From Octopus bimaculoides (lineage: Eukaryota), in assembly GCF_001194135.2 (NCBI RefSeq), contig NC_068985.1, forward strand, positions 68,594,587 to 68,642,502: a stretch of DNA of 47,916 nucleotides. The letters run 5' to 3'. Below are positions 11,901-26,120 of the stretch, piece by piece. Both the position numbers and the translations under genes were made by a program. The notes beneath the pieces were generated by a model, which was not told the origin of the DNA, searched no databases, and saw nothing but the letters and a program-made list of their open reading frames with translations. Each line of letters opens with the position of its first letter. Within the stretch, counting starts at the first letter, position 1.

Positions 11901-14019
11901 GAATATATTTGGAAATGTTCCAGTAAGTTTCCGTCCCTTATATTCTAACCGTTTCTTTTAACAGTCTTTTCTCCAATTACTTCGCATCATTTCTATTTAT
12001 TTCCCTGGATTTTTATCACGTACAGAACTTTTTATAGAACAGTGGGCCCTGTATGTGGGAACATATTCTAAATACTCTTTAGTTGGGTGTCTTAATCATC
12101 AAAATTCAGGTAGACTGCAAAATTTATCAGTTTTATGTTCTTTCGCTTCTAAACTTGTTGTTGTCTTACTAATATTAACTTATTTCCTCTACATAAATGG
12201 TATCAGATCAGAAAAATTCAATGGAAGTACTTGAGTGGGGGGGGGGGAGAGATTAAAACATGTTGTATATTAAAATTTGCAGTTTGAAAACTGAATTTAA
12301 AGATATCTAGTGCTGTCCTGAACATTAAAAAAAAATCAAGATAGCAACAACAAATTATACCTCCCGTATCTTTAGACTCCACAATATTAACTAACTTCAA
12401 TTCAGCTGTAGTTCTGCATAACAAATACAATCAACTTAATTAAGAATTATAACGACACGCTGATAAGTTGCAAAACTCTCTAATTGTGTGAACTATTTTT
12501 GATGTAGGCCAAAACAAGAATACTGAATTTCACGTCAATAGACTTATTGACTTTCGTCTGTGCATTATCGTAAAGCATGCAGATTATTGTGACAGCAAAG
12601 GTATACTGAGATAAGGTCCAGTGTTTTATTTGCCTGGAAATTCTTTATCGAATGATATGTTGTGATGAGCAAGTTCATCGCAGACTTGATTATTACAGAC
12701 ATGAATGCCATACTTACATTCTCACACATAATTAGCATGATATCTAAGCCGATGCTTCACCTTGTTACTTCAATATTTCCCTCAAATCACGATTCATCAT
12801 TTTGAAAAAAGAAAGTGGAGAGTATCATCAGTGATCTTCAAGAGTATAAGATGATCCTGTCAGAATGCTTAAGGCCTTACGCTACTTCGACCACTAATTG
12901 TGAAACAAAAACAATTGATGATTTTGTTAAACAAAAACAATGATTACTTGCCTGCACTTCTCTGCTCTCATCTTGCTCTTTATTGTCTTACATGATGTCG
13001 TCTCTCTACTTTGTATTGTATTTTCCGGCACTCTCATATAATTTGCCCTGTATGAATTGATCTTGTGTTTGACGCCATTTAAAAACGTTTCTTCATATAA
13101 ATGGATTTCTCTGTAATCGAACCTTAGCGTTGTGTTATTCAGCACATACTTTCACACATAAATAATGCTACCTTATTCTATAATTTTCCTAATGTTCTCA
13201 TGTAATCTTACGTCTGATAGACAGGACTGTGAAGGCGACGGATGAGTTACTTTGCAGTCTCTATTCAAGCTTTCTTTGCCATTCTGACTGCATTTGACGA
13301 AACTAGTTCCAAGTCGCATAAGACTTTGCGATTTCTTTCCCTTTAGTGCTATTGACTGTGTGAAATATGGAGATTTGTATACAAGCTTGGTCAACCCTGT
13401 CCTACGCGGGAGTTGACCGAAGTTCATTTTTTAAATAAATTGTTCAATTTAGCTTTCTTCTCCCCAATCAAGTGGCTACGAGAAAGATTACAAGCTAATC
13501 GTTACTGTTGTCTAATTTTAAATATTACATTTCACCGCTATCATATAAACATTCTTTCACTTGTTATAACAGCATTGAGGAAAAGTAAAAGGAAATTATA
13601 ATAGCTAAGATTCTTTGTCACAGATAAAATACATTCATTTGTGCTTTATTTGAATAAACAATGTAGTGCTTGATTCCAAGTGGTGATCTACATTATAGCA
13701 ACTAAAATACAAGCATGTTCATTTATAATTTGATCCATTTCCTGGCATAAGGCTGTATTCAACTGTATGCTGATAAATGCTATTCTGCTATTTGCCGATA
13801 TTTGATTGCATGCTAATCCTCTTTACGGAAATAATGAAGAAAATGCTCTGGATTAACATTCAACAATGTCGAAATTATTAGTTTTGAAATCGTACATCCC
13901 CTCAATTAAGCAACTCCCTGGAAAGCTAAATGTGCGGAGAGACCAAGTAGCCATGGTGGAAAATATGTCAGTATACATGCTTTGAAAGATATGAATGTGC
14001 TAACAAACACTTTTCACAC

Positions 14020-15350
14020 AATCTTCTTCTTTAAATGCCATGTCCAGAACGTAGGATATAGGCGACCATGACCTCCTGAAATTCTCTGTTCTTTGTTTTC
14101 TTTTTAAAGTTACAATCCCTGATGTTTAATGCCTCTTTCTTCCAACTAGTTCATAAAACTTGGCATCCATATCATCCTTCTCCTTTTTGTTCTTCTCTTT
14201 TCAATTCTTCCGGTCATCGCTAAATTCTCAAGGTCCTCTTTCCTCATCATATAACCACGAAATCTCAGTTCCTTGGTGCTTATCTCACGAAGTAGTTTCG
14301 TATTTACCGCAACCCGGTTCATCACTTCTTCGTTAGGCATGTTTCAGTGCCATACATTAACACAGGATAGATATAGCAGTTCAACAAATAGAGCTTGATC
14401 TTGAAGTTCTGAGTACAGTTTCTAAAGATGTTATTCAATTCTGAGAATGCAGATTTTGGCATTGCTATTCGTCTGTTGATCTTCTTCAAGCATCTTGTGT
14501 CGTCTGTTACCAAAGTTCCAAGGAAGTTGAATATTTGCTTTATGATTTGATTGTTCACTTTTAGCATGCATTTAGGAATCCCCATCTGTGTCACCACCAT
14601 ACAATTTTTCATCTTGCAATTTATGAACAAACCTTTCTTTCCTCTTTTTTCTGATACCTACATTCAGAAGTCTCTGGAATTCCTTTTGAGATTCTGTAAG
14701 TATGACTGTGTCATCTGCATTTCGTATGTTTGTAATGTTTGTGACTTCTACCCTGTGAACATTCTCTTCTTCAGTTCTCTTGTGATCTATACGCTAACGT
14801 AATTGAAAAGATATGGTGACTGAACACATTCTTGTGAAGTCCCACTCTTGATGTCACTTTATTCACAACATGCTTCATTCCTCTTTAAGAGTGATGATTG
14901 ATTCCAATAGGCTCTGCATGATTTGGAGGTCTTTCACACGGAGATCAAGGTTACTGGGTTCTACAAATTATATGTCATGTCTTACTTTGTCGAAAGCCTT
15001 TGTGTAATCTATGAAACACATGCGGAGATTTTTGCATCTCCATCACCTGCCCCGTTATCATTCTCGATATATAAATATTGTTCCTAGTATCAGCGCCCTG
15101 TATATTCTGTTCATGTATTCTAAATATCAATCTTATCAACCAACATCGTGCAATCTTTACTTTGAAACACCTGGAGTTTGAGCATCCTAACTTTCTGTCA
15201 AAGATCTTATTTATCTTCTGATGTACTTAGTATCCTACCAAAAATTATATCGTAATTACTGCTTATTGTCCATTCAGCCAGGTCTCTTTGGTCTTCCTAC
15301 AGTTTAATCAGGCTATCCTGCTCCCAATAATCTTTGGATTTTGCGTTCCT
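14020..15350 (-). mobile_element. RTE-clade LINE, 5'-truncated and decayed RT region
   Basis: Minus strand gives CFIDYTKAFDKV (~15000), NIRNADDTVIL (degenerate YADD, ~14715), FNFLGTLVTDDTRCLKKINRRIAMPKSAF..KIKLYLLNCYIYPVLMYGTET, and NEEVMNRV..KEDLENLAMTGRIE, with an (AAG)n-like tail near 14025. Confidence 0.9.
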
Positions 15351-18300
15351 GATCTTCTGTCTCTTACTCGTCAAGGAAAATATTTTCCACAACCGTTCCC
15401 TTCTTTTTCACGCTATAGTGCTTCAAAACTGAACCAATGAAATACCTTCAAAGTAGCGGAGCAGCCGGTTAGAAAAGTCGCCCAAATTTCACCAAAAATC
15501 ATACTGCGTTTGCGGTGTAGAAAAGAAAATATTGATTAATGTGACAGACGGTACACTGTGCCACAGATGGAAAGAGGATGTTAAGAGATATAATTGCACT
15601 GAAGAAAGTTGTGATCGATCAGAACTTACAAGGATCTATAATACAACAATAATAACAAGAAATGTCGCCGTAGCGAATGGAAAATAAGATGATCTACTAG
15701 TAAATGTGACGCGAGTAGCTTAGTGACAGAGGTGGGCGCTAGGAAATGCGCTTTGTTCCACTTTCATTCTTATATCGCGACTTATGCCATATATTCTGTT
15801 CGTATAAATGAACAACAGAATTTCACTTTTTTAATTGGTGTGATGTAGAGACATCGGTAATTTAAACTAAGATAAAACAATGAACGTTATTCGTTATACA
15901 TGTTTCAGAAGTTGGTTGGCTCAGTTGTTAGATCGGCAGAAGCAGTTACTTAGTTGTTACTCCTTGCATTGTAAGTTCAAATCTCAGCAGAATGAAATTC
16001 ATCGCCTGTGATGATAAAACACCGAGTAAATGCCAGTTTGATTTATATTTCGAAAATATATCCTTTTTGTTTGGTTCTGTATTCATTTACGTTTCTTTGC
16101 CTTTTGTTTAACCAAGACACAACGTATTAAAGACAAAATGTTCTTACTACATTGGGAATAACAAGACAAACCTTCATTCATGTTACTGTCTGTCAACTAT
16201 ATTACTATCGTGGCTATGACTACTGGTATGATATATGAGCGTCTCCTACGAGGCCCTTTTGTAAACGAATATATCGTGAAATCTACAGATAGCATAACTT
16301 TCACAAGACAGTTAACATAGAACATACCGGATGAGACGAATGTATTATGAGCTTCCAGGAATACATTCTTTTTTTTCCACCTCACAACTTTGGTAGCATT
16401 TAAATATTTAATGTTTACACATATACAGGTTTGTTCTTCTCTTGTTGCTTTTTCCGTTGTTATTGGCATCAGTAGCTAGTGGTTATAGCTAGCGTTCGTA
16501 GGTTGTTGGTGGTAGAGTCGATGATGATAATCGTCGACCTGATGATGCTATTACTATTGACAATGTAGTCGCTGTTGTTAATATTGTCTGTAGTTTTGTC
16601 GCTTCTATTACTCTGCAGAATAATCTGTAAAGCAGATGTAGGAGCTTCATGATCAGAAGTTTTTCTTTTTTTATTTCTGTATCTATATAAAGCATTATAC
16701 TTCTCAGTGTAGAGTCAAGTGTTGAGTCGTGTGTCTCAAATTTTATTTAAATCAGTATGAGGAGAATGTAGACTGCATGATCCTTTGTGAAGCAAATGAC
16801 TTTGGACCTTGAAATGAAAGCATTCAATGGGCGATCTGAAAAAGAAAAATAGCTTCTCTATCGTTGCTCGACTTTCTATAGAATCTCCCTAAAATCAGAT
16901 ATATAGTCCACAACATGATATAGCAAATATAGTCAGAATGAAAAATAAAGAATTATTAAGGCTTGAATGACTTTGCTACACCATCTATTTGTCGAAGTCT
17001 GACCCGGAATGAAAGAACAGCCGCAGTGACAACAATATCTTAGTGAAATCTATTCATAAATTTCTTTATGCCTTTGTCTAAGTTTCTAACAAAGATCCAA
17101 AAGGATTTAGAGACATTTCAGTCGTATAAGGAATATGCAGGAATATAATCGAATATAATTCAAAAGCAGTTTTCAGTATTGAAACAATTGTACTAAATAT
17201 AATTTTGTTCTTGGAAAATAGGAAGGCGTATATCGGATTACTGTGACGTTTATACTCTTCCAACGGCTCCAACAGCAAACTATTGGGGAAGTAGTTGAAG
17301 ATTACTCGTTGTTAACTGCTGAATATTATTTATTTTTTAATGCAATTGTACAGGAACCGCCATGGATTCATCAAGGTCACCTTTCCCTGTCTAGCTGTTG
17401 CCAGCACACTAATTGAAATGCGTGCACAAATAAGCTTAACAGTGAAGAGAATAGAATATTTCCGAGCATATTCTTTCATAATTTCTCTCAGACTTGTCTT
17501 CCATTGCAAAAGGATGTTATGTTGGAAATATTAGATATATAAGTTAAACCTAACCGCTGGCCAACCGCATGCTGCATCGGAGTTGGGTTGTGAATATACA
17601 TCTGTATAACCTCGCCATAATTATTTTAATTCAACATTTAAATTACAATGAATATTGCGCATTCTATACGTAATGTTACTGCTGCACATATTTTGCACAC
17701 TAGTTTATCGGATGAAATAGCTACACATGAATTCTGTGATGGACATTGTGATTTATTGCTATACGACCAATAATGGATTTACATATTATAGGGAATTGTT
17801 CAGTTCTAATACAATACAATCGATATTGCTATTCAGGGAAAACACTTTCTAGCCTTGACGTTTGTTAAGATAAGATGTCTGGTGAGATTAATGCAATTGT
17901 TATTCAGTTTGAGATTGTTTAGGTAAGCACATGCAGGAAAAATATGAATAGGGAAAGAATTACTGTGGTTTAGCGTTCTGAGGGTTAATAATTCAGTAAT
18001 AAGTATAATGTTTGGGCAGTGACATACAGTAAAGATAAAGATTAAAACGGAAAAGAGTAGCCAAAGTAAAGAATAATGGTAGTTAGCCAGTACAGAGAGC
18101 AGAGCCATTGTATAAAACAAAGAAGAAAAGAGAAGATATTCAGTGTCAGTAAAGCTTGTTGATGGCAGAATATTTAGCAATATGTTGACTTACTTTTTTG
18201 GCAGATGTCTCAATGCAGTACAAAATTATCACACAGTTCTAAGCAAAATAATCTGAGATTCATCAGAATAATATTAGGATTTGTAAGATACTAAAATCAC

Positions 18301-18478
18301 ATTTGGAACTTATAAAAACTATATTAATGAATAGAGTGCTTCTTTGTAAGTGAAGTGTAAAATAAAACAGTTTTGTCTCATGCCTCCTAAGGTTTTAAAT
18401 ACCCGAGGGAAATGAAATGCTCTCAGTATCCATATAGCATCTCGAAATCAGCTACGTGACGCTTTACATTACGAAATA

Positions 18479-18932
18479 CAATAATCACTCGCCATATTAC
18501 GGTTAGCCTATCGCACCCTCAGTACATCGCGGATTTTTTCTGGCTAATATATGTAAATTTATATCGCGGACTCCTTAGTATATCGCAGGTTTCTGAAGCC
18601 CATAGGTATTTATATATTTTTAAAAATTATTTCTGTGGTAAAATAATAAATTAATAAATAAAAATAGAGTACAGTACTGCACAGTATAACATGAATTAAA
18701 ATATATTGAAAGAAAATACGTAGTGTACAGTAGATGAGTAAACAAACAATCGCACATACTGTATGGAAAACGAAACTCGGGAGGCGAGCGTGTGGTGCTG
18801 TCTCCCATTTATAATAAAATAAATATATGCATATTATATATATACAGTACAGTAATGTTTCTACTTCGCAGATTTTCACCTATCGTGTAGGGATTTTGGA
18901 ACGTAACATTCGCGATAGTCGAGGGATTACTG
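18479..18932. mobile_element. Tigger/pogo-like MITE (454 bp)
   Basis: TA|CAATAATCACTCG at the left end and CGAGGGATTACTG|TA at the right end form imperfect TIRs with a TA target duplication; no coding capacity. Confidence 0.75.
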
Positions 18933-21900
18933 TAACTCGTCAGCGAATAGGTCGATGTAATCGTGTTATAGCAAATCTTTAGTACTCTATATAGTAGACT
19001 AATGTTGTGGTGGCTGAATATTTATGATTTGTTTTAATACTATGGTACGAATTCCAAATAGATTACTGATTTATCTTGATGAGATATTGCGGATTTATTA
19101 TTCTATGTGATGCTCATCAATTCGACAAAAATATTGTGAGTAGGGTGAAATGACAACTAATATGAATAAAAAGCAAGGTTTGTTTTCCTATTTGTTAGGT
19201 ATATTTCATTAATTACCAAATCGATTATTTCAGAAATTATTTTCCGTTCTCTTAACTAGTCAGTCAGCCAGTAGCTCCTTATAAAGTTTTAGCGAGTAGA
19301 TAATTAAGAAATAGACTAATATTATCATTTTATATTCCAACTCTGCTTCACTTAATGTTGAGATATATATTTTGATATTCTTTGCTATTATTATAGAGTG
19401 TTTGTTACTGGATCTAAGATTATTTGTATATTATTCTACGCGCAAAATATTTCAGAAAAGCACTTCAACCATATTACTGATACTTCTTCCAATATAGTGA
19501 ATTCACACATGACCAAAGCTAAAAGCCACTAAACGCAAGTACGTTTTACGTGCTATATGACAAAATGAAGTAAAATATATTCATTCCCTTTCATAAAATA
19601 TCTTCACTTATATAAATGCATTTGATATGACACCCATGAATGTTCCTTGGATAGACTTTCAGAAGTTATATAATTCATTTGGATGTCAGCATATTCTGTC
19701 TATAGGGAAATATGAACAATAAGGTCTACTATATGTTCAGATATCTGTTTGGAGTGATGAGCCAACATTTCATCTTGTTCTAAACATTTATAGAATGATT
19801 TATCACTCCGTAACTTCAGCTTCACTGATCAACTATAGCGAGATATAAATCGATATTGATATAACTTTTGTGGTGTTTGTGTCACTTAAACCCTGGTGTT
19901 TGCTTCGTAGACTACACAAGTTTTAGCTCTATTTTTACGTTGCGTAAAGTAAATTGTATAAATGGGAAGCATTGAAATGTTTACACAAGTTAATTAATTT
20001 TATTTGCATAGAAAGGAAAAAGAAAAGGAAATTATCTTCCAGAAAATATTACTCTATAAAACAAAAGAAACAGTTTTCCAGTGTGTTACAGAGAAGATCG
20101 CAAAGCAAGGACAGAAACTGATTCTAAAATCGTATCCTTTTTGTTTAAAAAATGTTTTAGCAGCTATAATTTGAAATGTTTTGATAAGATTACATTCGAT
20201 TCATGTTTCCCCAGAAAAATATTGTGTATTTAGACAGGGGTATCAATTTCATTTTCTCTCTATATATGTATCTATATAACTATCTATATATAAACAACCT
20301 GAAATACAGTACATGCATATATATTTTCCTGTACATAAAATATATATATATATATATATATATACATACACACACACACACATAAACATCACCACCGCGT
20401 CTCCATTTAACGCTTATATATATAAACAGGACGCCTCGGCTATTTGAGAAAAAAATATTAAATTCTGATTTAAAGAAAACAAATGTAATAAAAATACAAT
20501 ACATGTTTATAGAATATAGCAGATATATAGTTACATGCTCATAGCAAAAAGCAATTCAACATAGCCTCGATCCTCCTCCATTCCTGCCTTGATACATCTT
20601 CTAAAACGACTGATTGCTTTGATCATATGATACATATTTGCATGCTCTTAGCCATTGTAAGTTCGTGCCTGGAGCACTGGTTTGAACTCACTTGGGAGAA
20701 GGTATACCTTAATTTGCGTTAAAATATATATCTTTCTTTCATATGAAAACCCCTAGTGAAACATTAGAATTTGACATTTCGGGTTTGTAAGCGGCAGCTA
20801 AATGCTATAACTCTTGTTATTTACGAACCTGGGACATTTATTGAACCAGTTATCTTGTTTGTCTTTAGATCAAGAAAATATTGTAAAGAGCATCTGTGTG
20901 GTGTTCTGAAAGCCTTATTGGACTAAAAGTATGCACACATAGTTATTCCTGAGTTACATTCGTTTTCAATCGCTATAATGAAGGACATATGTTGTACGGT
21001 GAGTCAGAGGCATTCAAACCTGATAGAGTGGCTATATAGAGTCACTTTCTTGTGTGTAGGCAGAATAAAGGACGCATAACGCAGTTCCTTATCTAACACG
21101 ACAGGATGGTATTCGTGGATGTCTGAAGAGACTTATTTATGAACATCAGTGTTTCTGGATGAAGTGGCTCGATATTGGGGAAAACTGCAAAGAACATATT
21201 TCGGTCTCAAATCTTGATAATAACAATGTTTCTTTCATACAGGATTTTAAAATATGTTTAAAAGAAAAATAACTTAGATGAAATAAACTATGTATTCAGA
21301 TTAACGGTTCATTTGTGATAAAACATACGATTTCTCAGTTTTACGATAGGAATGTTGGACATCAGAATGATGACGTGAAAAACTATTAAACTTTCTGGAT
21401 TTTAATCTTCCACTAACTTAAGGCATTAAATCTCTAAACGTGATATTAATATTAACCTGACTATATTGATGCCATAATATTAATCCAGTTTCAATAAGGA
21501 AAAATAAAGTAAAAATTCAATAAAAGGGTTACTTTTTATTACTTTGTTGTAATATAATTTTTAGATTAAACAAATATTTCATTCTTTAGCAGGTTAATAC
21601 ATCGGGAAATTCTTCAAATATACCATATTACCTATCAAGATGACAAAGAATTTGCATATAAAAATTACAAGAGTACTCCTTGTCAGATCGAATGCCATTT
21701 TGTATTGAATCGGAAACATTATAACGAATACAGAACTAATGTTGTATTATTTGCATGCGATAACGTGGCACTAGAAACCTTATTTGCAAACCTAAAATCT
21801 ATAAAAGGAATCTATAGACGCAACAAAGTTCATGGTTTCGTAGGTTAGAGTCAGAGCATTTATTTAAATGCTCCTACGAATTTAGATAAATCTAAAACAA

Positions 21901-22109
21901 ACAAACAAACGTAAACATGTATGTAATGATGAATATAAAAGTGAAAGTAAACAGATGCCAGTCAAAAACCAGTTCTTAATGTTAGGCTACAAGAACTAAG
22001 ACAGAAACCATAGAGGGTAAGGATTTCCCAGAAAAATTATATTTTTAAAAATTGCAACAAATGGATTATAGATAAATAAAATATCAGGCGTTAAATGAAC
22101 ACCATTTTC

Positions 22110-22345
22110 TCATTCTCTGTCTGTCTTTCTCTCTCTCGCACTCTCCACCCCATCTCTTCCCCCTCTCTCTCTTCCCCCTCTCTCTCTTCCCCCTCTCTCT
22201 CTTCCCNNNNNNNNNNNNNNNNNNNNNNNNNNNNNNNNNNNNNNNNNNNNNNNNNNNNNNNNNNNNNNNNNNNNNNNNNNNNNNNNNNNNNNNNNNNNNN
22301 NNNCCCCCTCTCTCTCTTCTCCCTTTCTCTCTTTCCCCCTCTCTA
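22110..22345. repeat. CT-rich tandem repeat, unit about ccccTCTCTCTCTT, spanning a gap
   Basis: Repeated cccctctctctctt on both sides of the N run. Confidence 0.85.
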
Positions 22346-23019
22346 TCTATCTGTATATATTTATCACAGACTCATATATATACACTTACTCTTCTTTCCT
22401 TCTCTATATCGTAATGTTATACCATGTGAAATTTGAAGGAAGATCATTCACAGTGTTACTTTCTCAACAAATGGAAAACGATTGATCAAGAAATTGGGAA
22501 ACTGTGGTCAGCGTAAAATTTTGACACCGGAGTTGACTAAAGACAGCCCTAAGTGCTGTATATCAAGTACACGAAGAAACATACACATACACACTTCTGT
22601 ATGCGGCAAATGCAAGTCTGTATATATATATATATATATATATACATACGCGCACGCGTGTGCATGTGTGCGTGTCTATATGGAAAAAGGAGTGAGAAAC
22701 AGAGTAGTATTATAGTATTATAGTGTTACAGTAAATAAGCAAACATATACATAAACAGATATATGCAATCGAATTTCGATTGTTTCCTGACATGCCTTTA
22801 GAAAATGGATCCCTTATTCATCTATTATATGAAAATTCAGTAATAAATATCGATTAATGTATTTCTTAGAAGTCACCATACTGAGTTCAAAATTACGAAG
22901 GCTCCTCAGATTTTTTACTTCACCGATGGAAAATGGCAAAATAATATAGTACCATTAGTGTAGGTAGATGCCTGGATCTGTAATTGTTAAAATTATCATC
23001 CGTTAAGGCGTTGGGCTTG

Positions 23020-23589
23020 CAGAATCGTAAATCCTCATGAGGCTTTTCATCCGGGCAATCTCGGATGTCCTGCATAGACGTCTTTCAATATTCTGTTTTG
23101 CAGTGCTTCAGGCATCAGCACCATTTGTGTATATAATAATACTTCATCACATGCTGAATAATGTTTTGAATCTGCGTTCTGCTCATTTATATCATTTGTT
23201 GTATTACTTTCCAACAATATTTTTTAAATCTTGTTTATGAACATATCTTTTTCCGATTTTAATTTAATTTCTTTTCTTCTAGTGTTACCGGCAAATCACG
23301 TACTACATTGCAGAAAATGTTCTTCTGTTCCATCTCTAGTTTTAACGATGCAATTACCGTGTCTTCAAAAAGTTCCTTATATTTTGGAATTAGCCTAGAC
23401 AACCTGTCTGCATGTCCCATTTCCTTTGATGGTATAAACTCCATAGTTCAACCGGGTAGTCCCTCGCAATGTAAACGGTTTGTTGAATGCGTGGAGATAC
23501 CCTTTTTCGAACCGAAAATAGACAGTTATGGTCGGTGATTAGTCTGCAGTGTAAACTTCCTACCGTGTAGGAATTTTTTTAGTGCAAAT
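23020..23589 (-). pseudogene. Ty3/gypsy pol fragment (RNase H end and integrase Zn-binding region)
   Basis: Minus strand gives TNHHRP*LSIFGSKKGIS, MEFIPSKEMGHADRLSRLIP..EDTVIASL and RILKDVYAGHP..IARMKSLMR. Confidence 0.85.
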
Positions 23590-23689
23590 NNNNNNNNNNN
23601 NNNNNNNNNNNNNNNNNNNNNNNNNNNNNNNNNNNNNNNNNNNNNNNNNNNNNNNNNNNNNNNNNNNNNNNNNNNNNNNNNNNNNNNNN

Positions 23690-23736
23690 TTATTATTATT
23701 ATTATTATTATTGTTGTTGTTGTTGTTGTTGTTGTT
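23690..23736. repeat. (TTA)n(TTG)n microsatellite next to a gap
   Basis: Directly visible. Confidence 0.9.
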
Positions 23737-23739
23737 TTC

Positions 23740-24410
23740 GATTATTCTTCTATTTTATCGAAGGTTTATTATTTGTTGGCATTCCTCAACCACTTTCTTC
23801 AAGGTTAGTTCAAGATCTTGATTTAACTTTGATAATATTCTTTCCCAAATTTCCTCGTCTTCCGTTGCCACAAACCCTTTAACGAAGATTAGGCACTTGA
23901 ACATATCTGGCATAAATTCTCCAAGCTTAAACCTTTCACAAGCCTTATCAATATTACCGGCATATGTTACAAAGTCATCGGATTCAATCTCCTTTAAATT
24001 TAACCATTCCCACCGAATGTTAAACAGCGCATTTTTTGCGCTAAAAAATATTAGTCAAAATATTTATCGTTTCATCAAAACAATTCCGCGAGATTTCTCG
24101 GCAAAATATAGTTACAAAAACTTTCGTGTTCCGGAGGGGCAAGTTCTCGCAAAAGGTACCTTGCCTTCCTTTCACTAGCCCATCCCTTGCATTCCTCCCT
24201 GAATATGTCCTCGTATCGTCTGTAATACGCGGTAAACGTAGTTCCTTCTTCCTGTTTGTACTGAAATTCCTTGATGGAGTTTGCAACACCGTCCTTTAAA
24301 AGTGATTCAGTCGTATTTCTCGACTGCAGTAACAACACTACTAACTTCTGTAGTTGCTGCTACTGCTGCAGCTCTTGTTGATTTACGACTGCTTTCAGTA
24401 ACTCTTCCAT
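23740..24410 (-). pseudogene. Ty3/gypsy gag pseudogene
   Basis: ATG at 24410: MEELLKAVVNQQELQQ..NSIKEFQYKQEEGTTFTAYYRRYEDIFREEC..RYLLRELAPPEHESFCNYILPRN..FKCLIFVKG..ILSKLNQD..TLKKVVEECQQI. Confidence 0.85.
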
Positions 24411-24463
24411 TTCGGTACTATTTTCAGTTTCAATCTTGTTCGAATCCTCGATACTGTTCGAAA

Positions 24464-24475
24464 CCTCGACACCAC
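24464..24475 (-). promoter_or_regulatory. Putative primer-binding site of the gypsy element
   Basis: GTGGTGTCGAGG immediately follows the LTR end ...ATACAACA on the minus strand, upstream of gag. Confidence 0.55.
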
Positions 24476-24597
24476 TGTTGTATCAGTGGCGATATATTGT
24501 CCGAATCTTAACGGGATAATAAATAATGTCCTCGCAAATCATTCTACAATACTTGTATTTACACACGACAATACGCAAATCTCGGCTTTACACAGCT
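24476..24597 (-). mobile_element. Gypsy 5' LTR, downstream (R/U5-like) portion
   Basis: Ends in CAACA next to the PBS and begins with the 32-bp block that is duplicated at 28940-28973. Confidence 0.7.
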
Positions 24598-24799
24598 AAT
24601 TCTTTATTAAGTACGAGTCCCCAAAATACAGAAAAGTCGATACAAGGACAGACAAGACAGTATAAGTGGGGACATAAAACATAGAATGATGAATGAAAAT
24701 GAGAAACGTACAAAATAAGGATGGACGTCCTTGCTTGACGAAGCCCCCCCCCTCAAGCAATCGCGTTTACTGTTCTTCACAGTTAGTTCAATTAACGAT

Positions 24800-26120
24800 T
24801 TCACTCTGGAATCCATTCTATCATGGACAGGTCCATGTCTTCATACCTTACCGCCGGGGTAGATATTTTATACCTTTTCTGGTGTAAAATGTATGATGTT
24901 TCCGTGGTATTTTCTTAAAAATACATATCTCTTCCTGTCACCTAAGATGCATTTATCTTCGGATCCAGTCAGCATTACTCTAATTACACCCTTAAATCTA
25001 TTGATGGTTTTCTCGATTGCTTCATTTGTTCTATTCAATAGTATATTTTTTTTTCCATTGCTAGGTCTGCTCTTCTGCGTTTGTCTGCTTGCTGGGAGCT
25101 TCTTTGTTGCTTTCTCCGGTACATGTTTGCTGTCGTATGTTGCTTGCTGTCGTTGCTTCTAATTGGTTGCTTCTTTTCGTCTTTTTTGAAGCTTTAGGGA
25201 ACGAATCGCCCTTAACTCTTTTTCTGGTAACCTGAGTGTACTCTCCCTCGGTATCTGTTGGATCTAATCCGCTTTTCTCTTCTACTGTTTCGGCTGCACC
25301 CTCGTGTTCCGTCGGGACTTCTGTCTCTTTTCTTAGTTCTACTATTGATTTGGGTAGACTTCTTTTTGATGTGCTCCTTCTGGCCACATCCATAGCAAGT
25401 GTGAGGCCTCCTGTTCACTGTTACCTTTAGTTTCTTTTCATCTGGAAGTTCGATTATTTCTGGTATTTCGCTTATATCTGCCTGTGTTACCTGGACTATT
25501 AGCACAAGCCCGTACCCCACCCCACCAGTTTAGCTGCTTCTGAGTTCTAGTCGCTGGAACTATGCTGGGCTCTTCCTTCGTACTGGATAAGACAGTCGCT
25601 GCTACCCATTCCTCCTTCATTTCAGGAGGAATCCTGCCAACCCTTATTCTAGATACTCTTTTACCTAAGTAGGTTGGCAGGAGCAGCAATTCTTCGTTTC
25701 CTATAGGTACAGTGGAGTTCTTTACTGCTTCTTCTATGGAGGCAAATTCCACCTCTACTGTACCTAATATTCTTCTACGTGCGTAAAATGTCACCTTTCT
25801 TTCTATGTACTCAAGACACATTCGATGTCCTCCGCCGTAGCCACTTCTATCTTCTTTTCCTTCAGGTTGGGAGTCCTGTATATGATTGTCCTTTTTCCTA
25901 TTTATGCCAAAAACTCCTCAGGAGAGGTTAACTTTACTTTGCCTCCTCCCTTTCTGCATGCTTCTTGCATTTCGTACCTTATCGAGAGATATTACTACCT
26001 CTCTCAATTCGAATTGCGCTTCATTCTTTCTTCCCGCTACTACTGCATAGCTTCCGTTATTCTTCTCTACGCCTGCATTAGGCATCTCTGCACTAGGCAT
26101 CTCTGCATTAGGCACCTCTG
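24800..26120 (-). pseudogene. ORF1/Gag-like zinc-knuckle protein, copy B2 (frameshifted)
   Basis: GTVEVEFASIEEAVKNSTVPIGNEELLLLPTYLGKRVSRIRVGRIPPEMKEEWVAA..IPEIIELPDEKKLKVTVNRRPHTCYGCGQKEH. Confidence 0.7.

Noticed and set aside
12927-13427. Two protein-looking minus-strand ORFs with a GC-type donor (AG|GCAAGT)
   Set aside because: No recognisable family, no consistent acceptor or frame linking them, and lengths within chance expectation
16197-16695. Two adjacent minus-strand ORFs
   Set aside because: Derived largely from degenerate (GAT/GTT)n low-complexity sequence
17078-18180. Possible GPCR pseudogene: hydrophobic LSVLAN segment and NPIYAFLFSKN about 285 codons apart on the minus strand
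   Set aside because: No DRY, WxP or CWxP motifs or continuous TM pattern in the intervening frames, and NPIY lacks the NPxxY spacing
22441-22560. WD40-like IHSVTFSTNGKRLI
   Set aside because: The expected SGSxDxTIxxWD continuation is absent; a stop lies just upstream and a microsatellite follows
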